From the NCBI GenBank assembly GCA_963714085.1, contig OY970229.1:448001-512000 (forward strand): DNA of 64,000 nt, in the 5' to 3' direction. Below the pieces are notes generated by a model, which was not told the DNA's origin, did not search any database, and saw only the letters and a program-made list of their open reading frames with translations. Shown here piece by piece: positions 1-10,600 of the stretch (the stretch's first letter is position 1; each line of letters begins with the position of its first letter). This DNA is from an uncultured Candidatus Micrarchaeota archaeon (GTDB lineage Archaea; Micrarchaeota; Micrarchaeia; Anstonellales; Bilamarchaeaceae). The position numbers and the translations under genes are program-made.

Positions 1-222
1 GGCTCGTTCCTGAAAAGGCGCCTAGGCATGGAATCCGGCAAGCCTTTCCTCCTGGACACCATGCTCTTCCTCGCCTTCGCCCTGGTCTTCGTGTTCCCGC
101 TCGTGGGCGCGTCGCTCTACTCAATCCCGAACCTCGTCTTCCTGTTCGCGCTGACCATAGTGCTCCATCCAGCGACGAATTTCATAGCCAACAGGGCCGG
201 GCTGAAGAAGGTGCCATGGTAG
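1..222 (+). CDS. carS: CDP-archaeol synthase, C-terminal part (5' end outside window)
   Basis: Frame is open from position 1: GSFLKRRLG...LLD...LH..TN.IA...GLKKVPW, the typical CarS C-terminus. Confidence 0.85.
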   Translation, partial: GSFLKRRLGMESGKPFLLDTMLFLAFALVFVFPLVGASLYSIPNLVFLFALTIVLHPATNFIANRAGLKKVPW

Positions 223-224
223 GT

Positions 225-881
225 TCAGTCCTTCCTGAACCCGTACCTGCCTGAGAGGGGCACGAACATCACTGGCAGCAACGGGTCCCTCCTCCCGCTT
301 TTCCTGTCGAAGAGGATGAGGTCCTGGTAGAGGATGGTGCCCACCGGGGCGATGAGCCTGCCCTCCGGCCCCAGCTGCCTGATCAAAGGATGGTTGAAGC
401 CCAGCCATGGCATCGCGGCTGTGACGATTATCCGGTCGTAGGGCGCGTTCTGCTCGTAGCCGCGGCTCCCGTCCCAGGCCACGAACTCGATGTTGCGGCA
501 GTCCGCGGACGCCTTCGCGCAGTTTGACTTCGCCGTCTCCACCAGCTCGGGCATGATGTCCACCGTGGTCACCCTGCCCCCCGGGCCGGCGAGCTTGGAG
601 AGCAGGCAGCAGTTGTACCCGCTGCCGGTCCCGACTTCCAGGATCCGCATCCCCTTCCTCACATCCAGCTTCTCCAGCATGAACGCGACCACGCTCGGCG
701 CCGAGATGGTCTGCCCGTAGCCCACCGGAAGGGCGGTGTCGGCGTATGCGAATACCTTTTCGGATTCAGGGACGAAGCATGCGCGGTCCACGCTCAGCAT
801 GGCTTCCCGCACGCTCCTGCTTTTGAGGTAGCCGGTGGCGACGAGGTAATGGACCATCACGCTGAGCCCCTTTTCAAGCAT
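225..881 (-). CDS. pcm: Protein-L-isoaspartate O-methyltransferase
   Basis: GQTISAP, LEVGTGSGY and APYDRIIVTAA motifs. Confidence 0.95.
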   Translation of the reverse strand: MLEKGLSVMVHYLVATGYLKSRSVREAMLSVDRACFVPESEKVFAYADTALPVGYGQTISAPSVVAFMLEKLDVRKGMRILEVGTGSGYNCCLLSKLAGPGGRVTTVDIMPELVETAKSNCAKASADCRNIEFVAWDGSRGYEQNAPYDRIIVTAAMPWLGFNHPLIRQLGPEGRLIAPVGTILYQDLILFDRKSGRRDPLLPVMFVPLSGRYGFRKD

Positions 882-913
882 GCAATTTAAAAGAAAGCAA
901 CAGATATATAGAT

Positions 914-1705
914 ATGCCGAACCAGACTTTCGGGGGCGACGACGACAGCGGCGCCCCTGCGCCGGAGGAGAAGAAGCGCAAGATAGACCTCTCCCGGTTC
1001 TCGAAGGGCCAGGACATGAACATCAGCCAGCTGTTCTGGGACATCGTGGAGGCTTACGCCGAGGGCAAGCGTCCCGAGAGCTTCGGCGGCCTGGAGAACG
1101 ACCGGCTCGCGCTGGTGCGCGCGGCGGTCGGTGCGCTCACGAGGCCCTCGCCCCTGCACGCGAGGCTCGCGCCCGAGACCGTTTCCCGCTACGCGCTCAT
1201 GATGCTCTTGGACGCCGGATGGCAGGACGCGCTAGCTGAGTTCCTGGAGGAATGCAACCATAGGGAAGCGCAGAGGCGCGCGGCCGCTGCCGGGATGCGG
1301 GACCTTGCAGCCGATGCGGGATACAGCCCGCTCGTGATGGAATCCCTCAGGGCCATGCTCAGGAACCGCGAGGCGGGCGGGACCGCGCTCAGGTACATCG
1401 CGGGGATCGGCTCCCCTGCGCTGCTCAAGGGGCTGGAGAAGGAGCTGCTGATATTCGCCAGGGGGGACATCGGAGAGAACCAGCTGAACGCCATCGGAGC
1501 GCTCGCACTGCTGGAGGACGAGGAGGCGACCAAGGCCATGATCGCGCTGCTCACCCACTGGGACGATGGCGCGAGGAAGGCCGCTGCCGAGGCTCTGCTC
1601 AAAAGGGGTGGAAGCGAGGCTGCGGCCGCGGCTGCGAAAAGGCTCGCGTCCGAAACCGACCCTGATATAAGAAGTATGCTTGAGAAGATAGCGAAGAAGA
1701 AGTAA
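914..1705 (+). CDS. HEAT-repeat protein
   Basis: All-helical; C-terminal HEAT-like units (ALLTHWDDGARKAAAEAL; LASETDPDIR). Confidence 0.65.
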   Translation: MPNQTFGGDDDSGAPAPEEKKRKIDLSRFSKGQDMNISQLFWDIVEAYAEGKRPESFGGLENDRLALVRAAVGALTRPSPLHARLAPETVSRYALMMLLDAGWQDALAEFLEECNHREAQRRAAAAGMRDLAADAGYSPLVMESLRAMLRNREAGGTALRYIAGIGSPALLKGLEKELLIFARGDIGENQLNAIGALALLEDEEATKAMIALLTHWDDGARKAAAEALLKRGGSEAAAAAAKRLASETDPDIRSMLEKIAKKK

Positions 1706-1720
1706 GAGGCTGATGCTGAT

Positions 1721-2242
1721 ATGGAGATTGTGAGGATACCCACGGAACGACTTAAGGCCCTGCTCGGCGAGAAGGGCGAGACCAAATCCCTCATAGAGAA
1801 GAAGTGCAACGTGAAGCTGGACGTAGACGAGGAGGGCGAAGTCCGCATAAACGGGGACAGCGCGGACATCTTCTTCGCCAAGGACGTGGTGAAAGCGGTG
1901 GGGAGGGGATTCGAGCCCAGGGACGCGCTCAGGATAGCCAACGACAGCTACCAGTTCGAGCTCATAGACCTCAAGGACATCCTCAAGAACGAGAAGGCGA
2001 TAACGCGGATAAAGGGCAGGATAATCGGCGAGAAGGGCAAGATGAAGTCCGAGATAGAAGCCGCGACCGAATCCGTGATCGCGGTGTACGGCTACACCGT
2101 GGGTATAATCTCGCGGCTCGACACCATGCAGTACGCCAGGGAGGCGGTGATGCGGCTCGTGGATGGCGCGGAGCACATGAGCGTGTTCAACTACCTGGCG
2201 AAGGTGAAGAAGGACATCCTCGTGAGCAGGCTGGTCCAGTGA
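1721..2242 (+). CDS. KH-domain pre-rRNA processing protein (Dim2/Pno1 family)
   Basis: Two GxxG KH loops (LLGEKG, IIGEKG), GRGF.P motif, conserved position upstream of top6B. Confidence 0.9.
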   Translation: MEIVRIPTERLKALLGEKGETKSLIEKKCNVKLDVDEEGEVRINGDSADIFFAKDVVKAVGRGFEPRDALRIANDSYQFELIDLKDILKNEKAITRIKGRIIGEKGKMKSEIEAATESVIAVYGYTVGIISRLDTMQYAREAVMRLVDGAEHMSVFNYLAKVKKDILVSRLVQ

Positions 2243-2400
2243 TGGTGAACTTGATTTAACGATTATTTTACCAAGTTTAACGCTCTTCATCAAAAGCCGG
2301 ATGGGACTTGTTCGGATTGCGACCGGCTCCGGATGGGAGCAGCCTTTTTAATCTTTTTAAGGAAATCACAGACAGACCTCCCAAAGACAACGGTGTTTGC

Positions 2401-4011
2401 ATGGCTGATGGCGAGAACATATTTGCGCAGTTCAAGGAGCACTCGGTGGCGGAATTCTTCAAGAAGAACCAGCAGATGCTGGGTTTCTCCGGGAAGGTGC
2501 GCTCGCTCACCACGGTGGTGCACGAGCTTGTAACCAATTCTATCGACGCCTGCGAGGAGGCGGGCATACTCCCAGAAATAACCGTGAACCTGGAGGAGCT
2601 CGGCGAGGAGCATTACAGGCTCACTGTGCAGGACAACGGTCCGGGGATACCCAAGACGCACGTGGGCAAGGCGCTGGGCCAGATGCTCGCTGGGACCAAG
2701 TTCCACAGGTACATACAGCAGCGCGGCCAGCAGGGCATAGGCGCTAGTGGTTGTTGCATGTTCTCCTACCTGACCACGGGCAAGCCGACGAAGGCGGTCT
2801 CCTGCTACAAAGGCACGCGGTACGACCTCGAGGTGCTCATAGACTTCAAGACCAACAAGCCGCTGCTCAACATGATCTCCGAGAGCCCGACGGACCAGCA
2901 CGGCCTCACCGTGATATCCGAATACAAGGGAGTGAAGCACGAGCAGTCCAACAAGGGCATATTCGAGTACCTGAGGAGGACCGCGCTGGTGAACCCCCAC
3001 GCGTCTATCACGTTCATGGACCCCGTGACGGGGAAGGTCTCCCTTCCCAGGTCCACCGAGGTCATACCGCCGAAGCCGTTCGAGATAAAGCCCCATCCGC
3101 TGGGCATATCGCCACACGACCTCCTGGAGACGAGCCACCAGTATTCCACGGATTACAGGAAGCTCTCCTCCATGCTGCAGAACGCGTTCTCGCGAGTCAG
3201 CAGCGCGAAGGTGGAGGAGCTCAGGCGCCTCGTGCCGGACGTGGATTTCGACAAGAACCCGGCACTGCTCACATGGGAGGAAGCGGAGAAGGTGGTGAAG
3301 GGGTTCGGGCAGGTGAAGTGGATTGCCCCTGCGACCGACTCCCTCGTCCCAATAGGCCAGGCGCAGATAGAGAACTCGTTCAAGAACATCTTCAGCCCGG
3401 AACTCGTGATAGTCACCGAGAGGAGCCCGAAGGTCTACAAGGGGGGCATCCCGTTCATAGTGGAGGCAGGCATCGCATACGGAGGCGGGATAGCCGCCGC
3501 GGGCAAGCAGGGAGAGGTGATGCGCTTCGCCAACAAGGTGCCGCTCCTGTTCGACACGTCCGGATGCGCCATAACCGAGACCGTGAAGGCGATCGACTGG
3601 AACAGGTACAACCTGAAGAATTTCGACGAGGAGCCTATCGCGGTGCTCGTGAACCTCGCGTCCGTGCACATACCCTACACCGGGGCTGGCAAGCAGGCTG
3701 TGGCCGCTGAGGAGGAGGTCGAGAACGAGATAAGGTTCGCCGTGATGGAGGCCGCGCGCGGCATCCAGAGGTACCTCTCAGGCAAGCGGAAGGCGCATGA
3801 CATAGCGACCAGGAAGAAGCTAGTGGAGAGGTACGTGGAGCAGCTCTCCGCCGACCTGGCCGACCTCTCGGGCAGCAAGAAGGACAAGATCGTCAAGAAG
3901 CTCAATCAGATAATCGAGGACAAATACGCGGGGCCGGGCGCCGAAGGCGAGGATGAAGAAGGGCCCGCGGCGGAGACCGAAAACGAGGACTCGGACAGAG
4001 GCGATGAGTGA
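2401..4011 (+). CDS. top6B: DNA topoisomerase VI subunit B
   Basis: GHKL motifs HELVTNSIDA, DNGPGI, RGQQGIG; RFANKVPLL. Start moved to ATG 2401. Confidence 0.97.
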   Translation: MADGENIFAQFKEHSVAEFFKKNQQMLGFSGKVRSLTTVVHELVTNSIDACEEAGILPEITVNLEELGEEHYRLTVQDNGPGIPKTHVGKALGQMLAGTKFHRYIQQRGQQGIGASGCCMFSYLTTGKPTKAVSCYKGTRYDLEVLIDFKTNKPLLNMISESPTDQHGLTVISEYKGVKHEQSNKGIFEYLRRTALVNPHASITFMDPVTGKVSLPRSTEVIPPKPFEIKPHPLGISPHDLLETSHQYSTDYRKLSSMLQNAFSRVSSAKVEELRRLVPDVDFDKNPALLTWEEAEKVVKGFGQVKWIAPATDSLVPIGQAQIENSFKNIFSPELVIVTERSPKVYKGGIPFIVEAGIAYGGGIAAAGKQGEVMRFANKVPLLFDTSGCAITETVKAIDWNRYNLKNFDEEPIAVLVNLASVHIPYTGAGKQAVAAEEEVENEIRFAVMEAARGIQRYLSGKRKAHDIATRKKLVERYVEQLSADLADLSGSKKDKIVKKLNQIIEDKYAGPGAEGEDEEGPAAETENEDSDRGDE

Positions 4012-5108
4012 TGGCAGAGAAAGCGACGCTTAAGAAACTCGAGGAGATGGGCACCGGCATGGTGAAGCAGATAGACGCCGGAGACGGGCCCACGTTCGAG
4101 ACCGTGCTGAGGACGAAATCCAACACCATCTACGATGAAGGGATCGGGTGCCTGAGGACCGGGGACAAGAAGGAACTGAGGAAGTTCCTGAGCATGGCCC
4201 AGGCCAAGACGTTCATGCAGACCGTCGCGATAGCGTCCAAGACCAGGAAATTCGTGAAGGAGGAGCTTCACACGTCGATCAGGGGCCTCTTCTACCAGCT
4301 CAAGTTCTCGCTGGGCGAGGACCTGGACGAGGATTTGTTCTCCGAGCAATCGGAGTCCAACGGGCTGATAGAGGACCTGGAGGTCGCGCTCGGCATAAAG
4401 AGGGAGGATTTGAACCTCACCACGGACAGGAAGGGGTTCGTGGCCGGCCCCATGACCATACTCGACAGGTTCGGAGGGGAGGAGACGCTCATAGACCTGG
4501 AGAAGCAGGGCAGGAGCGGCTGGTCCATACCGAGCGACGTGGACAACGGGATGGACATAAAGAAGCTGGACGCTGATTACGTGCTCGTTGTGGAGAAGGA
4601 CGCGCTGTGGCAGAGGCTCAACGAGGACAAGTTCTGGAAGAAGGAGAACTGCATACTTGTGACGCCAAAGGGCCAGAGCACGCGGGGGACAAGGCGGCTG
4701 CTGCGGAAGCTCGCGGACAGGAAGCTGCCGGTCTACTGCCTGATGGACTGCGACGCGTGGGGATGGTACATCTACTGGACCATAAAGACCGGCTCCATGA
4801 ACCTCGCCTACCTGGGCAGGGACTTCGCGGTCCCAGAGGCGCGCTTCATCGGGGTGACCATGTCGGACATTCAGGAGTTCGAGTTCCTCCAGAAGCTCAC
4901 GATCAACGCCAAGGAGGTCGACATCAAGCGCGCGGAGGAGATGCTCGGCTACCCCTGGATAAACCGGCACCCCGAGTGGGTGAAGGAGCTCAAGATGGTG
5001 CTCAAGACCAAGAAGAAGATCGAGCAGGACGCGCTGCAGGGGCAGAGGCTGACGTTCGTCGGGGAGTACATCAACAAGAAGATAAAGAAGAAGGACTGGC
5101 TGCCTTAG
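4011..5108 (+). CDS. top6A: DNA topoisomerase VI subunit A
   Basis: Catalytic Tyr region IRGLFY; TOPRIM motifs VVEKDA and DCDAWG; coupled to top6B. Confidence 0.97.
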   Translation: MAEKATLKKLEEMGTGMVKQIDAGDGPTFETVLRTKSNTIYDEGIGCLRTGDKKELRKFLSMAQAKTFMQTVAIASKTRKFVKEELHTSIRGLFYQLKFSLGEDLDEDLFSEQSESNGLIEDLEVALGIKREDLNLTTDRKGFVAGPMTILDRFGGEETLIDLEKQGRSGWSIPSDVDNGMDIKKLDADYVLVVEKDALWQRLNEDKFWKKENCILVTPKGQSTRGTRRLLRKLADRKLPVYCLMDCDAWGWYIYWTIKTGSMNLAYLGRDFAVPEARFIGVTMSDIQEFEFLQKLTINAKEVDIKRAEEMLGYPWINRHPEWVKELKMVLKTKKKIEQDALQGQRLTFVGEYINKKIKKKDWLP

Positions 5109-5160
5109 TACAATTTTTGATTGAAGGCATAGCCGTGCCCGGGCCGCTCCTGAAAAAGCG

Positions 5161-7638
5161 TCAGCTCGTCTGGCACTTGTCGCCGATGGCCGCCGATGCC
5201 TGCGGGGTCCCGTCGACCGGGTAGTTCTTGCACGCGAGCGTCTGGAGCGTCTTCCATGACGGGCAGCTGGACGCGCCTCCGCAGCCCTGCTCGAGCGCCC
5301 GGTAATAGGACAGCACGCGCGAGGCGTAGTCTCCGTAGAACGGCTCGCTGCCCTGCAGCTGGTTGTTGGTCACGCTGCCTGGGCCGCCGTCCGGGTGCTC
5401 GAACATGCACGTGCGCACGAACGCCACGAAGTCCGTCATGCCATAGCATTCGGGGTGCTGAGCATCGGCCCTCAGCGCGCATTCGGGCGAATCCTTGTTC
5501 GCGTCCTGGCTGCAGAAATCCGCGGTGGCCAAGTACCTGGAGCCGAACTGGCTTATCCAGCTCTGTATATAACCGCCATAGCCCCTGTAGAGCTGCAACG
5601 CGAGATAATAGGATAACACCCGCTGGGTGTTGGAATCAGGGTTGCCCAGGTTGTTCAGGTTGGCTGTCACCAAGGTCTTCTCGGTTTGGAAGAATGACGC
5701 GAGTTTGTAGACCCCCATGCACGCGTTGTCCGTGGCATTGAACGGGTCGAAGTTGGCCGGGCACTGGGCTTGCGCCTGGACCACCATTGCTGATCTCTGG
5801 TTGAGCTCGGCTTCCAGGTAGAGCTGGTTGTTCGGGGCGCCGGAATAATACTGGCCGGGTTGCCCATTCGGGGTGAGGCTGGATGGCCAGAACGTGTACG
5901 GCGGCTCCAGGATCTGCATGAGCCCGAGACCGCAGTAACGCGCGCCCGGCGCCTGGTTGTCCGCTTCATGGCATATGCCCTCGGGATCAAGCACGAAGTC
6001 GTACCCTTTGGGATAGCATCCTGAATCCGAGCTGGTCGGAGTGACCTGAGCAGCAGAGCAGTTATCGAAGTCGGGATTCTCGGCTACCACGACTGCGCGC
6101 ACCAGCATGGGGTCGACGCTGTACTTGTTCGCGTAGTAATCGAGCGCCGGGATGCTGGTGCAATAGGTGAGATTCTTCGTCGGGTCCGAGAGCCCGATGT
6201 TCGTTGCCGGGACGTTGGCCGGGAAAGTGTAGTTCTCGTTGACGCAGGCGTCGCAGCGGATGAGCGTGATGTTCTGGGCTGTGAGGTTCGCCGTGATCTG
6301 CTCGCCCTGGTCCGTGTACTGCGCCTGGAGCATGCCCATGGCGTTGAGGTCGAAATCGCACGTGCCCCCGGACGCGTTCGGGAACACGATCATGTTGTCC
6401 CCGGCCGGGTATTTGCCGGCCTGGATCTTGTAGTTCCTGCAGGACCCGAACCAGGCCTGCATCCGGTCGGGTTGCGTCCCGAGCGCGCAGTCGGTGCATC
6501 CGAGCGGGTTGCCCAGCCCGAAGCTGGATGAGTTGAAGTCGTACGGCGCCATGCCCACTACGCCGGTCTTCTGGAACGGGAAGAGCCAGTACTTGAAGGC
6601 GTCGGCGTAGCCCTGCGCCATGCCGGCCTCGGTCCAGTTGCAGCTCCCGTTGGCGTCCGTGCCAGAGGAGTCGAAAAGTATGTACGGGATTATGGTCGGC
6701 TTGCTGTTGTTGTAGAGCGAGAACCTGGCGAAGGAGAGCGCCTGCTGGAACGCGCCGTCCGGGTCGCATGTCGCCTCGTTGGTCCAGCTCAGGTTCGCGG
6801 TATGGCCGTTGACGCCGAAGGCTATGAGGTCGACCTTGTTCCAGCCGTCGGGCCCCAGCTGCTGCCTTATCGCGTTCACGCCGTTGTAATCGCCCATCTT
6901 CACTCCGAGCGCCACGAAGCAGTGTATCTCCTCGTCCGCGCCGCCGGTGCGCTTGTTCCCGCACGCGGAATCTATCGCGAGCACCTGGTTGGAGACGTTC
7001 ACCACGGCGTCGTGCGAGGAACTGTTGAAGTCCATCTCCGTGGTTATGATCACCGGGCCGGCGTTTTTCAGCAGGCCCGCGATCTGGGCCGTGACCGGGA
7101 CGTTTATGCTCTGGCTGTTCGAATAGAGCACGTAGACCGGCATGATATCGTACTGGAGGAAGCATTGGGCGCGGCTAGCGTCTGGCAGGGTGTAGTTCGT
7201 CTCATTGCTTCCCACCAGCCATTGGACCGCCATGTCCAGCCGGTTGCCGCACCAGCCGTTGGCGTCCGCGAAATCCGTGAAGGTGTAGCCCTGGCCGATC
7301 ATGAACTGCCTGGGGAACAGGCCCGTGCTCACCGCGCTCCCGTTTATCAGGCTGTCGAACACGTCCTGGCTGCAGTTCTGTACGAACAGGCAGCTGCCGC
7401 CTGCGAATGAGTTCCTGAATCCGAACCAGGCCGTCGTGTTCCTGCATGCCAGGCAGACGCACTGCCCGAGATTGCACTTCTCGAAGGTGCTCGGGTCGTA
7501 GAGCGCGAAGGTGCCGTTGAGCCCGGTGCGGTAGTCCTGCGCATAGCCGGTGCCGGCGCCCAGGGTCTGTATGCATCCTGGCAGTAGCATGGGGGTGAGA
7601 GTCAGCAAAAAGAGCAATGCCGCGACATGGACCCGCAT
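5161..7638 (-). CDS. Secreted Cys-rich lipoprotein with a C-terminal lytic transglycosylase (SLT/lysozyme-like) domain
   Basis: Lipobox-like LLPGC; YANKYSVDPMLVRAVVVAE, GLGLMQI, NACMGVYKL, ALQLYRG, YASRVLSYY. Confidence 0.7.
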   Translation of the reverse strand: MRVHVAALLFLLTLTPMLLPGCIQTLGAGTGYAQDYRTGLNGTFALYDPSTFEKCNLGQCVCLACRNTTAWFGFRNSFAGGSCLFVQNCSQDVFDSLINGSAVSTGLFPRQFMIGQGYTFTDFADANGWCGNRLDMAVQWLVGSNETNYTLPDASRAQCFLQYDIMPVYVLYSNSQSINVPVTAQIAGLLKNAGPVIITTEMDFNSSSHDAVVNVSNQVLAIDSACGNKRTGGADEEIHCFVALGVKMGDYNGVNAIRQQLGPDGWNKVDLIAFGVNGHTANLSWTNEATCDPDGAFQQALSFARFSLYNNSKPTIIPYILFDSSGTDANGSCNWTEAGMAQGYADAFKYWLFPFQKTGVVGMAPYDFNSSSFGLGNPLGCTDCALGTQPDRMQAWFGSCRNYKIQAGKYPAGDNMIVFPNASGGTCDFDLNAMGMLQAQYTDQGEQITANLTAQNITLIRCDACVNENYTFPANVPATNIGLSDPTKNLTYCTSIPALDYYANKYSVDPMLVRAVVVAENPDFDNCSAAQVTPTSSDSGCYPKGYDFVLDPEGICHEADNQAPGARYCGLGLMQILEPPYTFWPSSLTPNGQPGQYYSGAPNNQLYLEAELNQRSAMVVQAQAQCPANFDPFNATDNACMGVYKLASFFQTEKTLVTANLNNLGNPDSNTQRVLSYYLALQLYRGYGGYIQSWISQFGSRYLATADFCSQDANKDSPECALRADAQHPECYGMTDFVAFVRTCMFEHPDGGPGSVTNNQLQGSEPFYGDYASRVLSYYRALEQGCGGASSCPSWKTLQTLACKNYPVDGTPQASAAIGDKCQTS

Positions 7639-7690
7639 GGAGGGATTGAGGATGGAAAAGAATTAAAAGGAGGAAGAAATGCGGCGGATT

Positions 7691-10600
7691 TCAGAGCCTC
7701 AGGCCGCACGCGCACATGGTGCCCATCTGGCCGGACCTGCCGCACCTGCAGTACCTCTGCCTCGACGCCATCTGCGGCGAGACCGCACGGTTGAGGGCGG
7801 CTCCGCCCCTCTGCACGAGCGAGTTCACGCTCTGCTCGAGGCCGCCCTTCCTGGACGGGTCGGGGTTCCTCCACCTGTTCACGAAGTTGTATATCATCTC
7901 CTTCGGGCTCAGGGTGCTCGGGTAGCCGGGCACGCCCATATGGTAGGCGAAGAGGAGCGGGTTGAAGAACGTGTAAAGCGGGTTGTTCAGCATCCCGAAG
8001 CTCGCGAGCTCCTGCTCCCTTCTCATGGCCAGCACTTCCACGGCCACGGGCCGCCTGATTATGTCGGTCATCCCCATCTTCCGGACGTAGTCGTCATGCA
8101 TGTAGAAGCCGGACATGCCCCCCATGCTCATCAGGGCGTACTCAGCCATTGCGGGCTCGAGCTGCTCTATGCCCCTGGTGTCGGTATAGCTGGCCGACGG
8201 GTTGGCAAGCCTGGTCCTCGCTATGGCAGCAGGTCCCTTGTACACGGTCTGTATGGAGGCGAAGTCCTGGTATAGGCCTTTCGAGTGGTCATAGCCCGCG
8301 AGTTGGGCCTTCTCCGCCCTGCTCTCGTACACGTTCGCCTTCTGGAGCGCCCTGGAGAACATGCCGTTGCTCTGGGAGACGGATAGAGGATTGTAGCCCC
8401 TCATCGCCTCCAGCAGCCTGGGGGACGTGTGGTTTCCATACGGCCTCAGGGCGTCCTGGACGTCCCAGTCCCATGAGGATGCGTATCCCTGGATGGACCT
8501 CTGCGGCCCGGCTATCGCCTTCTGGTATGGCATTATCGCATGCCTGCCGAGCGCCGCGGCCCAGCCTCCCTGCGCCATGAAGGCGAAGTACTCGCCCTTG
8601 GACATGTAGGCGCTGAGGGTCGACTGCAGAGAGAACGTCATGTTCGGCCCGTATTGGAACGCCGAGGCCCATGCCTGCTGCGCGCCATGGGAAGTCGAAT
8701 TCCTCCACGGGCTGCGGTCTATGGTGACTGCCCAGACCTGGTGGAAGGCCCCGTGGGCCAGCGCCATGGAGCGGTAGGCGGCCGAAAGATGCCTCCTGTC
8801 CGCCTCCGAGGTGACGCCCTGGAGCAGCTCGTCCATGTCGCTAGTCAGTATGTCCGTGGAGAGCCTCCAGGAGTACATCTTCAGCAGCTGGGTCTTCGGC
8901 GTGATGTCGTAGGACCTTGTGTAGAGGTTTCCGGTGCCGCTTATGGCGGTATTTACCAGGAAGTCACCCACGAGCTGCCCGAAGTCATGGAACGGCTTGA
9001 GCGTCTTGGCCAGCTTCGGTACGTCCGATCCGAAGGCCCTCAGCGCGTCGGGCGTCAGCGGCGTGGTCTGATTCCTGGGCACGAGCTTCACCGCGCTCTT
9101 GTTCCAGTAGGTCTGGTAGTCGTAGGTGGCATTGGAGTATTTCCAGAGCACCGCGGCCAGGACCTTCTCGGCCTCGTAGTTGCCGCCCTTGCCGTTGGGC
9201 CTGGTCTGTTCAATCAGGTTGTTGATGAAAGGCTCCCAGACAGTCTTATCCGAGCTGTTCATGACCCTCTTCCATTCCAGGTCCATTTCGCCCTTGAATC
9301 TCACTGGCACGTCCTCCGGGCTGAAGCGCCTCCAGCCCTTGCCGTCGTGGATTGACACTACCCCGCCCAGCACCCTGTCGTTGTCGCTCACAGGCATGTT
9401 CTCCCGGTACGGTATGTAGGTGCCCTCGTGGGTCATCACCCACACGCCCTTCGAGAGATCGTCCACGCTGACGCCCCTCTTGAGGACTTCCTCGTACTGC
9501 TTCTTGTATAGCGTGCCTATCATGTACCTGAAGCGCTCCATGTCCTTCGGACTGGTGACGTCCATGCTGTTGAGGAACCGGAGGTCTGTGTGATTCTCCT
9601 CATAGCCCATTTCGCGCAGCGCCTTGGTCAGCATCGCCGCAGAAGCGCTCGTCAGGTAGCGGGCTGATTCGTTGGTCGTGTTCCCGTATGAGTTCTGGGC
9701 GTACCTGTCGCTGAACGTGTTGTGGAGGGTCTTCTCGAACAGGTCCCTGGCCCAGGCTTTCTTGGTCTCGAACTCCAGCTTCTCCGGGCTCCAGGTCCTG
9801 GCTCCGGCGCGGTCGAGCTCCGCCTGCAAGGAATTGTTGGTCGGGCGTACGAAGCTCCTATCGAACTTGCCCTGGGTCGCGGTGCCGGTTGTGAGCTGAA
9901 GTTCGCGTGTATCTATGCCATTGAGCCACTGCTGCTCCATTCTGGTCTTGAACCAGCCTTTCTGGGGGCCTATGGCGCTTTCGTCCTCATACCAAACCGC
10001 CTTGCCTGTCGTGGGGTCCCTGAGAACGCCTCCGCCTTCATTTATGAGGCCTCTCTTTTTTATCATGTACTCGGCGCCTGAGAGCACGTGCATGAAGTCG
10101 TCCATCGTGGCAGTGTCCTTGTTCCTTTTGCCGTCCGTGAGGTACTTGAGCGCCTCCTCTCCCTTGTCCGTTATGAGGCTGGCGAGCAGTTTCCTGTTCT
10201 CCTCGGTCTTCTTCTGCCTCATCCCTGTGTCCCGCATGAACTCCGGAAGCAGGTCAGCCCCTATGGCTGCGGGGTTGAGCGTCATCCACTTGTTCTCGAG
10301 TTCCACCCGCAGGGCGTTCATGAAGTCCTTCAGCGTGACGTCCTTGGTGGCGTGGCCGTTCGATATGTCGTCGATCTGCTTGCGGAAGAGCGCGACCTCC
10401 CACGGGTCAGAGCCGTGCAGGTAGCCGAGCCTGCCGACCAGGCAGTGGTACTCGTCGCCCAGCATCGCCTCTCCGACCCCGGCGCCCCTGCGCGCGCTGT
10501 TCTCGCGGTCGAAGAGCTCGTTTATCATGATCATCTTGACATGACCTTCTGCCGAGTCGTTCCTGATCTTGTCGACCTCGGATCTCATGTGCAGGTAGGA

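Noticed and set aside
1189..4970. Long antisense and alternate-frame ORFs over the KH, top6B and top6A genes (and similar ones throughout the window)
   Set aside because: Shadow ORFs expected from high GC3 codon bias; they overlap well-supported genes.
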